Source: Squalus acanthias (Eukaryota). From it: a DNA stretch of 44,227 nt. Positions within the stretch are counted from its first letter, which is position 1. Each line of letters begins with the position of its first letter. The translations under genes and the position numbers were made by a program. The notes below the pieces were generated by a model. The model worked only from the letters and a program-made list of their open reading frames with translations, made no database searches and had not been told where the DNA came from. Below are positions 32,481 to 44,227 of the stretch, one piece after another. Location: NCBI GenBank assembly GCA_030390025.1, contig JASTWF010000360.1, positions 434,001 through 478,227 of the forward strand, read 5' to 3'.

Positions 32481-33425
32481 CCGAGTGACTGCTGCACTGT
32501 CAAAGGGGCAGTACTGAGGGAGTGCTGCACTGTCGGAGGGGCAGTACTGAGGGAGCACCGCACTGTCGGAGGGGCAGTACTGAGGGAGCACCACACTGTC
32601 GGAGGGGCAGTACTGAGGGAGCGCTGCACTGTCAGAGGGTCAATACTGAGGGAGCGCCGCACTGTCGGAGGGGCAGTACTGAGGGAGTGCTGCACTGTCG
32701 GAGGGGCAGTACTGAGGGAGCACCGCACTGTCGGAGGGGCAGTACTGAGGGAGCACCACACTGTCGGAGGGGCAGTACTGAGGGAGCGCTGCACTGTCAG
32801 AGGGTCAATACTGAGGGAGCGCCGCACTGTCGGAGGGGCAGTACTGAGGGAGCGCTGCACTGTCGGAGGGGCAGTACACAGGGAGCGCTGCACTGTCGGA
32901 GGGGCTGTACTGAGGGAGTGCTGCACTGTCGGAGGGGCAGTACTGAGCGAGTGCTGCACTGTCGGAGGGGCTGTACTGAGGGAGTGCTGCACTGTCAGAG
33001 GGGCAGTACTGAGGGAGCGCTGCACTGTCGGAGGGGCAGTACTGAGGGAGCACCGCACTGTCGGAGGGGCAGTACACAGGGAGCGCTGCACTGTCGGAGG
33101 GGCTGTACTGAGGGAGTGCTGCACTGTCGGAGGGGCAGTACTGAGCGAGTGCTGCACTGTCGGAGGGGCTGTACTGAGGGAGTGCTGCACTGTCAGAGGG
33201 GCAGTACTGAGGGAGCGCTGCACTGTCGGAGGGGCAGTACTGAGGGAGCGCTGTACTGTCGGAGGGGCAGTAGTGAAGGAGCGCTGCACTGTCGGAGGGG
33301 CAGTACTGAGGGAGCGCTGCACTGTGACAGGGGCAGTACTGAGGTAGCTCCGCTGCACTGTCGGAGGGACAGTACTGAGGGAGCGCTGCACTGTCGCAGG
33401 ATTAATACTGAGGGAGCACCGTACT
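32480..33425 (+). repeat. 33-bp satellite, right copy
   Basis: GCAGTACTGAGGGAGCGCTGCACTGTCGGAGGG units. Confidence 0.92.
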
Positions 33426-33479
33426 TTCGGAAGGGAAGGTAGGGGTTAACGGTGGGAGAGGAGGTGTTAAAAGTGTTAG

Positions 33480-34265
33480 GGGGCTGGTTTATCAGTGCGA
33501 GGGGGGCAGCAATAACAGTGAGAGGGGCGGGGTTATCAGTGAGAGGGGCGGGGTTATCAGTATTAGGGGCGGGTTTATCAGTGTAAGGGGCGGTGTTTTC
33601 AATGAGAGGGTAGGGTTATCAGTGAGCGGGGCGGGTTATCAGTGTTAGGGGGCGGGGTTATCAGTGAGAGGGGCGGGGTTATCAGTGAGAGGGGCGGGGT
33701 TATCAGTGAGAGGGGCGGGGTTATCAGTGAGAGGGGGCAGGTGTATCAGTGAGAGGGGCGGGGTTATCAGTGAGGGGGTGGCGTTATCAGTGTTAGAGGC
33801 GGGGTTATCAGTGTTAGGGGCGGGGTTATCAGTGAAAGGGGCGGGGTTATCAGTGTTTGGGGGCGGGGTTATCAGTGAGAGGGGTGGGGTTATCAGTGTT
33901 GGGGGCGGTGTTATCAGTGTTAGGGGGTGGGGTTATCAGTGAGAGGGGTGGGGATACCAGTGTTGGGGGCGGTGTTATCAGTGTTAGGGGGTGGGGTTAT
34001 CAGTGACAGGGTTATCAGTGAGAGGGGCGGGATTATTATTTTTAAGTGCGGGTCTATCAGTGAGAGAGGTGGGGTTATCAGTTAGAGGGGGCGTGGTTTT
34101 CAGTGAGAGGGGGTGGGGTTATCAGAGCGAGGGGGCGTGGTTTTAAGTGAGAGGGCGGGGTTATCAGAGAGAGGGGCGTGGTTTTCAATTTGAGGGGGCG
34201 GGTTGTCAGTGTTAGGGGGCGGGGTCAGTTAGGGGGCGGGGTTGTCAGTGTTAGGAGGCGGGGTT
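33480..34265. repeat. ~21-bp minisatellite, right copy
   Basis: GGGGCGGGGTTATCAGTG(AGA/TTA) units. Confidence 0.9.
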
Positions 34266-34660
34266 AACGGGGAGACCGTGCGATTTGTTGAGCCGGCTCT
34301 CGCGACCCCGACAATCCGAGGCCGCGCGACGTCTCATTGGCTGTGGCAGCCGGCGCCCTGTCCCGGCAGTGTCAGCTCCGCGTGCGCCTTCGCGGACCAA
34401 CGGTCGGGAGGGATTGGGGGGGGAGAGGGAGAGGGGGGCGCGGCTACAGCTCTGATCCGCCCCTCTGATTGGCCGCAGTGGGAGCCGGCCTTGGGGGTTT
34501 TTTTTCGGTTCGATGCGCTGATTGGCTGAGGCGGCCCCCGGGAGGGCCCGGCTGCCCACGTGGCTGCTGAGCCGCCATTTTGAGCCGCAGACGATGGATG
34601 GTCAAGTCTGGAGGTCACGGGCGAGGTCATCCCTTTCTCAGCTTGACCAGGTTTGTGTCC
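34266..34660. promoter_or_regulatory. CpG-island promoter-like segment, right copy (lacks ~170 bp of the left copy)
   Basis: Reverse complement of ~25545-26115; ATTGG boxes, CACGTG, GCCGCCATTTT. Confidence 0.65.
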
Positions 34661-34759
34661 CACTCACTCATTCACTTCGCAACTTTGAAGGCATTTTTTT
34701 TTTGGTGTCCCGCCCAAGGACAGGTGATTTGGTGCAGCTTGCTGTGTATAACATCCTGT

Positions 34760-35500
34760 GTTAAACCCCTTTATAAAACACTGGTTCGGCCTCAGCTGGA
34801 GTATTGCGGCCAATTCTGGGCACCGCACTTTAGGAAGGGCGTCAAGGCCTTGGAGAGGGTCAAGTGGAGATTGACCAGAATGGTACCAGGGGATGAGGGA
34901 CTTCAGTTACATGTGTGCAGTTTTGGTCGCCTTATCTGAGGAAGGATGTTCTTGCCATGGAAGGAGTTCAGCGAAGATTCACAAGGCTGATACCTGGGAT
35001 GGCAGGAATGACGTATGAGGAGAGATTGGGTCGATTGGGCTTATACTCGCTGGAGTTTAGAAGAATGAGAGGGGATCTCATTGAAACATATAAAATTCTG
35101 ACAGGTCTGGACAAACTAGATGCAGGAAGAATGTTCCCGATGGTCGGAAAGTCCAGAACCAGGGGTCACAGTCTAAGGATAAGTGGTAAGCCATTTAGGA
35201 CAGAAATGAGGAGGAATTTCTTCACCCAGCGAGTGGTGAACCTGTGGAATTCTCTACCACAGAAGGTAGTTGAGGCCAAGTCATTAAATATATTCAAGAA
35301 TGAGTTAGATATATTTCTTAAGGGTAAAGGGATCAAGGGATATGGGGAGAAAGCAGGGAGAGGGTACTGAGTTTGATGACTCAGCGAGTTGTTGTGATCT
35401 GGAACGCGCTGCCTGAAAGGGCAGTGGAAGCAGATTCAAGAGGAACTTTCAAAAGGGAATTGGATCAATTTTTAATAAGGAAAGCAGAGAGGAGCGCAGA
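34760..35500 (+). mobile_element. CR1-type LINE fragments, right copy
   Basis: ORF 34915-35370 with QFWSPYLRKD..FFTQRVVNLWNSLP; inverted copy of ~24430-25450 with an internal deletion near 35375. Confidence 0.88.
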
Positions 35501-35504
35501 GATC

Positions 35505-38500
35505 ACGGAGGAGGTCACAGAGATAGTTAGGGTTGTAGGGCTGGAGGGGGTTACTGAGATAGGGAGGGTTGTAGGGGCTGGCAGAGGTTACAGAGATAGG
35601 GAGGGTGGTAGGAGCAGGAGGTGGTTACAGAGATAGGGAGGGTTGTAGGTGCTGAGGGAGGTTACATAGATTGGGAGGGTTGTAGGTCTGGAGGAGGATA
35701 CATAGATAGGGAGCGTTGTAGGGCTGGAGGAGGTTACAGAGATTGGGAGGGTTGTCGTTCTGGAGGAGGATACAGAGATAGGGAGGGTTGCAGGGCTGGA
35801 GGAGGTTACAGAGATAGGGATGGTTGTAGGTGATGGAGGAGGTTACATAGATAGGGAGGGTTCTAGGGCTGGATGAGGTTACAGAGATAGGGAGGGTTGT
35901 AGGGGCTGGGGGAGGTTGCAGAGATAGGGTGCGTTGTAGGGGCTGGAGGAGGTTACAGAGATTGGGAGGGTTGTAGGTGATGGAGGAGGTTACAGAGATA
36001 GGGAGGGTTGTAGGGCGGGGGGGTGGTTACAGAGATAGGGAGGGTTGTAGGGACTGGAGAAGGTTACAGAGATGGCGAGGGGTATAGAGGCTGGTGGAGG
36101 TTACAGAGATAGGGAGGGTTGTTGGGCTGCAGGAGGTTACAGAGATAGGGAGTGTTGTAGGGCTGGAGGAGGTTATAGGGATAGGGAGGGTTGTAGGGAC
36201 TGGAGGAGGTTACAGACATCGGGAGGGTTATAGGGTTGGAAGAGGTTACAGAGATAGGGAGGGTTGTAGGTGCTGGAGGAGGTTACAGAGTTAGGGAGGG
36301 TTGTAGGGCTGGAGGAGGTTACAGAGATAGGGAGTGTTATAGGGCTGGAGGAGGTTACAGAGATAGGGAGGGTTGTAGGGCTGGAGGAGGTTACAGAGAT
36401 AGGGAGGTTTGTAGGGGCTGGAGGACGTTACAGAGATAGGGAGGGTTGCAGGTGGTTACTGAGATAGGGAGGGTTGTAGGGCTGGAGGAGGTTACAGGGA
36501 TAGAGAGGGTTGCAGGGGCTGGAGCAGGTTAGAGATAGGGAGGGTTGTGGGGCTGGAGGAACTTATAGAGATAGGGAGGGTTGTAGGGCTGGAGGAGGTT
36601 ACAGGGATAGGGAGGGCTGAAGGGGCAGGAGGAGGTTACAGAGATAGGGTTGTAGGGGCTGGAGGAGGTTACAGAGATAGGGAGAGTTGTAGGGGCTGGA
36701 GGAGGTTACACAGATAGGGAGGGTTGGAGGGGGTTACTGAGATAGGGAGGGTTGTAGGGGCTGGAGGAGGTTACAGAGATAGGGAGGGTTGTAGGGCTGG
36801 AGGAGGTTACAGAGATAGGGAGGGTTGTAGGTGCTGGAGGAGGTTACAGAGATAGGGAGGGTTGTAGGGACTGGAGGAGGTTACTGAGATAAGAAGGGTT
36901 GTAGGGGCTGGAGGAGGTTACAGAGATAGGGAAGGTTGTAGGGGCTGGAGGAGGTTACAGAGATAGGGAGATTCGTAGGGCTGGAGGAGGTTAGAGATAG
37001 GGAGTGTTGTAGGGGTTGGAGGAGGTTACACTGATAGGGAGGGTTGTAGGGATTGGAGGAGGTTACAGAGATAGGGAGGGTTGTAGGGCTGGAGGAGGTT
37101 ACAGAGATAGGGTGGGTAGTAGGGGTTGGAGGAGGTTACAGAAATAGGGAGGGTTGTAGGGCTGGAGGAGGTTACAGAGATGGGGAGGGTTGTAGGGGTT
37201 GGAGGAGGATACAGAGATAGGGAGGGTTGCATGGGCTGGAGGAGGTTACAGAGTTATGGAGGGTTGTAGGGCTGGAGGAGGTTACAAAGATAGGGAGTGT
37301 TATAGGGCTGGAGGAGGTTACAGAAATAGGGAGGTTTGTAGGGCTGGAGGAGGTTACAGAGATAGGGAGGTTTGTAGTGGCTGGAGGAGGTTACAGAAAT
37401 AGGGAGGGTTGTAGGGGGTTACAGAGATAGGGAGGTTTGTAGGGGCTGGAGGAGGTTACAGACATAGGGAGGGTTGGAGTGGGTTACAGAGATAGGGAGG
37501 GTTGGAGGGGCTGGAGGAGGTTACAGGGATAGAGAGGGTTGTAGGGGCTGGACGGGGGATACAGAGATAGGGAGGGTTGTAGGGGCTGGAGGAGGTTACC
37601 AAGATAGGGAGGGTTGGAGGGCTGGAGGAGGTTACAGAGATAGGGAGGGTTGTAGGGGCTGGAGGAGGTTACAGAGATAGGGAGGGTTGCAGGGGGTGGA
37701 GGAGGTTACAGAGATAGGGAGGGTTGTAGGGGTTGGAGGAGGTTACAGAGACAGGGAGGGTTGTAGTGGCTGGAGGAGGTTAATGAGATAGGGAGGGTTG
37801 GAGGTGGTTACAGAGATAGGCTGGATTGGAGGAGGTTACAGAAATAGGGAGGGTTGTAGGGGCTGGAGGAGGTTACAGAGATAGGGAGGGTTGTAGGGGC
37901 TGGAGGAGGTTACAGAGATAGGGAGAGTTGTAGTGGCTGGAGGAGGTTAATGAGATAGGGAGGGTTGGAGGTGGTTACAGAGATAGGGAGGGTTGTTGGG
38001 GTTGGAGGAGGTTACAGAGATAGGGAGGGTTGTAGGTGGTTACTGAGATAGGGAGGGTTGTAGGGCTTGAGGAGGTTACAGGGATAGAGAGGGTTGTAGG
38101 GGCTGGAGCAGGTTTGAGAAAGGGAGGGTTGTGGGGCTGGGGGAGCTTATAGAGATAGGGAGGGTTGTAGGGCTGGAGGAGGTTACAGGGATAGGGAGGG
38201 TTGAAGGGGCAGGAGGAGGTTACAGAGATAGGGTTGTAGGGGCTGGAGGAGGTTACAGAGATAGGGAGAGTTGTAGGGGCTGGAGGAGGTTACACAGATA
38301 GGGAGGGTTGGAGGGGGTTACTGAGATAGGGAGGGTTGTAGGGGCTGGAGGAGGTTACAGAGATAGGGAGGGTTGTAGGGGCTGGAGGAGGTTACAGAGA
38401 TAGGGAGGGTTGTAGGGCTGGAGGAGGTTACAGAGATAGGGAGGGTTGTAGGTGCTGGAGGAGGTTACAGAGATAGGGAGGGTTGTAGGGACTGGAGGAG

Positions 38501-41500
38501 GTTACTGAGATAGGGAGGGTTGTAGGGGCTGGAGGAGGTTACAGAGATAGGGAGATTCGTAGGGCTGGAGGAGGTTAGAGATAGGGAGGGTTGTAGGGGT
38601 TGGAGGAGGTTACAGAGATAGGGAGGGTTGTAGGGCTGGAGGAGGTTACAAAGATAGGGTGGGTTGTAGGGGTTGGAGGAGGTTACAGAAATAGGGAGGG
38701 TTGTTGGGCTGGAGGAGGTTACAGAGATGGGGAGCGTTGTAGGGGTTGGAGGAGGATACAGAGATAGGGAGGGTTGTTGGGGCGGGAGGAGGTTACAGAG
38801 TTATGGAGGGTTGTAGGGCTGGAGGAGGTTACAAAGATAGGGAGGTTTGTAGGGTCTGGAGGAGTTTACAGAGACAGGGAGCGTTGTAGGGGTGGAGGTG
38901 GTTACAGAGATAGGGAGGGTTGTAGGTGCTGGAGGAGGTTACACAGATGGGGAGGGTTGTAGGGGTGGAGGAGGTTACACAGATAGGGAGGGTGTAGTGG
39001 CTGGAGGAGGTTACAGAGATAGGGAGGATTGTAGGGCTGGAGGAGGTTACAGAGATAGGGAGGGTTGTAGGGCTGGAGGAGGTTACAGAGATTGGGAGGT
39101 TTGTAGGGCTGGAGGAGATTACAGAGATAGGGAGGGTTGTAGGGCTGGAGGAGGTTACAGAGATAGGGAGGGTTGTAGGGCTGGAGGAGGTTACACAGAT
39201 AGGGTGGGTTGTAGGCGCTGGAGGAGGTTACAGAGATAGGCAGGGTTGTAGGGGCTGGAGGAGGTTACAGAGTTAGGGAGAGTTGTAGGGGCTGGAGGAG
39301 GTTAACGAGATAGGGAGGGTTGGAGGGGGTTACAGAGATATGGAGGGTTGTTGGGGCTGGAGGAGGTTACAGAGATAGGAAGGGTTGTTGGGGCTGGAGG
39401 AGGATACAGGTATAGGGAGGGTTGTAGGGGCTGGAGGAGGTTACAGGGATAGGGAGGGTTGTAGGGGTTGGAGGAGGTTACAGAGATAGGGAGGGTTGTA
39501 GGGGTTGGAGGAGGTTACAGAGATAGGGAGTGTTGTAGGTGGTTACTGAGATAGGGAGGGTTGTAGGGCTGGAGGAGGTTACAGGGATAGAGAGGTTTGC
39601 AGGGGCTGGAGCAGGTTAGAGATAGGGAGGGTTGTGGGGCTGGAGGAACTTATAGAGATAGGGAGGGTTGTAGGGCTGGAGGAGGTTACAGGGATAGGGA
39701 GGGCTGAAGGGGCAGGAGGAGGTTACAGAGATGGGGTTGTAGGGGCTGGAGGAGGTTACAGAGATAGGGAGAGTTGTAGGGGCTGGAGGAGGTTACACAG
39801 ATAGGGAGGGTTGGAGGGGGTTACTGAGATAGGGAGGGTTGTAGGGGCTGGAGGAGGTTACAGAGACAGGGAGGGTTGTAGGGCTGGAGGAGGTTACAGA
39901 GATAGGGAGGGTTGTAGGTGCTGGAGGAGGTTACAGAGATAGGGAGGGTTGTAGGGACTGGAGGAGGTTACTGAGATAAGAAGGGTTGTAGGGGCTGGAG
40001 GAGGTTACAGAGATAGGGAAGGTTGTAGGGGCTGGAGGAGGTTACAGAGATAGGGAGATTCGTAGGGCTGGAGGAGGTTAGAGATAGGGAGTGTTGTAGG
40101 GGTTGGAGGAGGTTACACTGATAGGGAGGGTTGTAGGGATTGGAGGAGGTTACAGAGATAGGGAGGGTTGTAGGGCTGGAGGAGGTTACAGAGATAGGGT
40201 GGGTAGTAGGGGTTGGAGGAGGTTACAGAAATAGGGAGGGTTGTAGGGCTGGAGGAGGTTACAGAGATGGGGAGGGTTGTAGGGGTTGGAGGAGGATACA
40301 GAGATAGGGAGGGTTGCATGGGCTGGAGGAGGTTACAGAGTTATGGAGGGTTGTAGGGCTGGAGGAGGTTACAAAGATCGGGAGTGTTATAGGGCTGGAG
40401 GAGGTTACAGAAATAGGGAGGGTTGTAGGGGGTTACAGAGATAGGGAGGGTTGTAGGGCTGGAGGAGGTTACAGAGATAGGGAGGTTTGTAGTGGCTGGA
40501 GGAGGTTACAGAAATAGGGAGGGTTGTAGGGGGTTACAGAGATAGGGAGGTTTGTAGGGGCTGGAGGAGGTTACAGACATAGGGAGGGTTGGAGTGGGTT
40601 ACAGAGATAGGGAGGGTTGGAGGGGCTGGAGGAGGTTACAGGGATAGAGAGGGTTGTAGGGGCTGGACGGGGGATACAGAGATAGGGAGGGTTGTAGGGG
40701 CTGGAGGAGGTTACCGAGATAGGGAGGGTTGGAGGGCTGGAGGAGGTTACAGAGATAGGGAGGGTTGTAGGGGCTGGAGGAGGTTACAGAGATAGGGAGG
40801 GTTGTAGGGGGTGGAGGAGGTTACAGAGATAGGGAGGGTTGTAGGGGTTGGAGGAGGTTACAGAGACAGGGAGGGTTGTAGGGCTGGAGGAGGTTACAGA
40901 GATAGGCTGGATTGGAGGAGGTTACAGAAATAGGGAGGGTTGTAGGGGCTGGAGGAGGTTACAGAGATAGGGAGGGTTGTAGGGGCTGGAGGAGGTTACA
41001 GAGATAGGGAGAGTTGTAGTGGCTGGAGGAGGTTAATGAGATAGGGAGGGTTGGAGGTGGTTACAGAGATAGGGAGGGTTGTTGGGGTTGGAGGAGGTTA
41101 CAGAGATAGGGAGGGTTGTAGGTGGTTACTGAGATAGGGAGGGTTGTAGGGCTGGAGGAGGTTACAGGGATAGAGAGGTTTGCAGGGGCTGGAGCAGGTT
41201 AGAGATAGGGAGGGTTGCGGGGCTGGGGGAGCTTATAGAGATAGGGAGGGTTGTAGGGCTGGAGGAGGTTACAGGGATAGGGAGGGCTGAAGGGGCAGGA
41301 GGAGGTTACAGAGATGGGGTTGTAGGGGCTGGAGGAGGTTACAGAGATAGGGAGAGTTGTAGGGGCTGGAGGAGGTTACACAGATAGGGAGGGTTGGAGG
41401 GGGTTACTGAAATAGGGAGGGTTGTAGGGGCTGGAGGAGGTTACAGAGATAGGGAGGGTTGTAGGGCTGGAGGAGGTTACAAAGATAGGGTGGGTTGTAG

Positions 41501-44227
41501 AGGTTGGAGGAGGTTACAGAAATAGGGAGGGTTGTTGGGCTGGAGGAGGTTACAGAGATGGGGAGGGTTGTAGGGGTTGGAGGAGGATACAGAGATAGGG
41601 AGGGTTCTTGGGGCTGGAGGAGGTTACAGAGTTATGGAGGGTTGTAGGGCTGGAGGAGGTTACAAAGATAGGGAGGTTTGTAGGGTCTGGAGGAGTTTAC
41701 AGAGACAGGGAGCGTTGTAGGGGTGGAGGAGGTTACAGAGATAGGGAGGATTGTAGGGCTGGAGGAGTTTACAGAGATAGGGAGGGTTGTAGGGGTGGAG
41801 GAGGTTACACAGATAGGGAGGGTTGTAGGGGTGGAGGAGGTTACAGAGATAGGGAGGATTGTAGGGCTGGAGGAGTTTACAGAGATAGGGAGTGTTATAG
41901 GGGTGGAGGAGGTTACACAGATAGGGAGGGTGTAGGGGCTGGAGGAGGTTACAGAGATAGGGAGGATTGTAGGGCTGGAGGAGGTTACAGAGATAGGGAG
42001 GGTTGTAGGGCTGGAGGAGGTTACAGAGATTGGGAGGTTTGTAGGGCTGGAGGAGATTACAGAGATAGGGAGGGTTGTAGGGCTGGAGGAGGTTACAGAG
42101 ATAGGGAGGGTTGTAGGGCTGGAGGAGGTTACACAGATAGGGTGGGTTGTAGGCGCTGGAGGAGGTTAGAGATATGGAGGGTTGTAGGGGCTGGAGGAGG
42201 TTACAGAGTTAGGGAGAGTTGTAGGGGCTGGAGGAGGTTAACGAGATAGGGAGGGTTGGAGGGGGTTACAGAGATATGGAGGGTTGTTGGGGCTGGAGGA
42301 GGTTACAGAGATAGGAAGGGTTGTTGGGGCTGGAGGAGGATACAGGGATGGGGAGGGTTGTAGGGGCTGGAGGAGGTTACAGGGATAGGGAGGGTTGTAC
42401 GGGTTGGAGGAGGTTACAGAAATAGGGAGGGTTGTAGGGGTTGGAGGAGGTTACAGAGATAGGGAGGGTTGTAGGGGTTGGAGGAGGTTACAGAGATAGG
42501 GAGGGTTGTAGGGGTTGGAGGAGGTTACAGAGATAGGGAGGGTTGTAGGTGGTTACTGAGATAGGGAGGGTTGTAGGGCTGGAGGAGGTTACAGGGATAG
42601 AGAGGTTTGCAGGGGCTGGAGCAGGTTAGAGATAGGGAGGGTTGCGGGGCTGGGGGAGCTTATAGAGATAGGGAGGGTTGTAGGGCTGGAGGAGGTTACA
42701 GGGATAGGGAGGGTTGAAGGGGCAGGAGGAGGTTACAGAGATCGGGTTGTAGGGGCTGGAGGAGTTTACAGAGATACGGAGAGTTGTAGGGGCTGGAGGA
42801 GGTTACACAGATAGGGAGGGTTGGAGGGGGTTACTGAAATAGGGAGGGTTGTAGGGGCTGGAGGAGGTTACAGAGATAGGGAGGGTTGTAGGGGCTGGAG
42901 GAGGTTACACAGATAGGGAGGGTTGTAGGGCTGGAGGAGGTTACAGAGATAGGGAAGGTTGTAGGTGCTGGAGGAGGTTACAGAGATAGGGAGGGTTGTA
43001 GGGACTGGAGGAGGTCAGAGAGATAGGGAAGGTTGTAGGTGCTGGAGGAGGTTACAGAGATAGGGAGGGTTGTAGGGACTGGAGGAGGTTACTGAGATAG
43101 GGAGGGTTGTAGGGGCTGGAGGATGTTACAGAGATAGGGAGATTCGTAGGGCTGGAGGAGGTTAGAGATAGGGAGGGTTGCAGGGGTTGGAGGAGGTTAC
43201 AGAGATAGGGAGGGTTGTAGGGCTGGAGGAGGTTACAAAGATAGGGTGGGTTGTAGAGGTTGGAGGAGGTTACAGAAATAGGGAGGGTTGTTGGGCTGGA
43301 GGAGGTTACAGAGATGGGGAGGGTTGTAGGGGTTGGAGGAGGATACAGAGATAGGGAGGGTTCTTGGGGCTGGAGGAGGTTACAGAGTTATGGAGGGTTG
43401 TAGGGCTGGAGGAGGTTACAAAGATAGGGAGGTTTGTAGTGTCTGGAGGAGGTTAAAGGGATAGGGAGGGTTGTAGGCGTGGACGAGGTTACAGAGATAG
43501 GGAGGATTGCAGGGCTGGAGGAGGTTACAGAGATTGGGAGGGTTGTAGGGCTGGAGGAGATTACAGAGATAGGGACGGTTGTAGGGCTGGAGGATGTTAC
43601 AGAGATAGGGAGGGTTGTAGGCCTGGAGGAGGTTACAGAGATAGGGAGGATTGTAGGGCTGGTGGAGTTTACAGAGACAGGGAGCGTTGTAGGGGTGGAG
43701 GAGGTTACAGAGATAGGGAGGATTGTAGGGCTGGAGGAGTTTACAGAGATAGGGAGGGTTGTAGGGGTGGAGGAGGTTACACAGATAGGGAGGGTTGTAG
43801 GGGCTGGAGGAGTTTACAGAGATAGGGAGTGTTGTAAGGGTGGAGGAGGTTACACAGATAGGGAGGGTTGTAGGGGAGGAGGAGTTTACAGAGATAGGGA
43901 GGATTGTAGGGCTGGAGGAGTTTACAGAGATAGGGAATGTTATAGGGGTGGAGGAGGTTACACAGATAGGGAGGGTTGTAGGGGCTGGAGGAGTTTACAG
44001 AGATAGGGAGGATTGTAGGGCTGGAGGAGGTTACAGAGATAGGGAGGGTTGTAGGGCTGTAGGAGGTTACAGAGATTGGGAGGTTTGTAGGGCTGGAGGA
44101 GATTACAGAGATAGGGAGGGTTGTAGGGCTGGCGGAGGTTACAGAGATAGGGAGGGTTGTAGGGCTGGAGGAGGTTACAGAGATTGGGACGTTTGTAGGG
44201 CTGGAGGAGATTACAGAGATAGGGAGG
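35505..44227 (+). repeat. 36/37-bp satellite array GGAGGAGGTTACAGAGATAGGGAGGGTTGTAGGG(G)CT, >8.7 kb, runs off the window
   Basis: Continuous tandem units with extreme G/C strand skew. Confidence 0.97.

Noticed and set aside
27814..33442. Long ORFs of 200-547 aa with periodic sequence
   Set aside because: They are translations of 33-bp and 42-bp tandem units whose lengths are multiples of three; there is no evidence of a gene.
35621..44006. Many EEVTEIGRVVGL / GGYRDREGC ORFs
   Set aside because: Satellite translation artefacts.

Overview
Eukaryotic, repeat-dominated DNA with no intact host protein-coding gene. The SINE, CR1 and L2 types suggest a cartilaginous fish (inference). Bases 1-24083 are three nested endogenous retrovirus-like elements with lokiretrovirus-type features (tether plus retroviral RNase H; Env of class I fusion, F-like architecture). 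An old degenerate element C (env remnant plus 771-bp 3' LTR) was interrupted at a CCGG by near-complete provirus B (316-22369, minus strand). B's 3' LTR was then interrupted, again at a CCGG, by provirus A (898-10252, plus strand). A is non-autonomous: its PR-RT-RH-IN region is replaced in frame by a Gag-like coiled-coil cassette. Both A and B have a tRNA-Arg PBS, a UGA-CUAG gag-pol junction and an intact 783-aa Env with an apparent N-terminal Ig-like domain and a C-terminal PDZ-type motif. Bases 24084-44227 are a large inverted duplication of a CCAAT/YY1/GC-box CpG-island-like segment, flanked by four tandem arrays. Three of these arrays appear derived from L2, SINE and CR1 fragments, and the last runs >8.7 kb with higher-order structure. 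All family assignments come from reading motifs by eye; no database searches were run.
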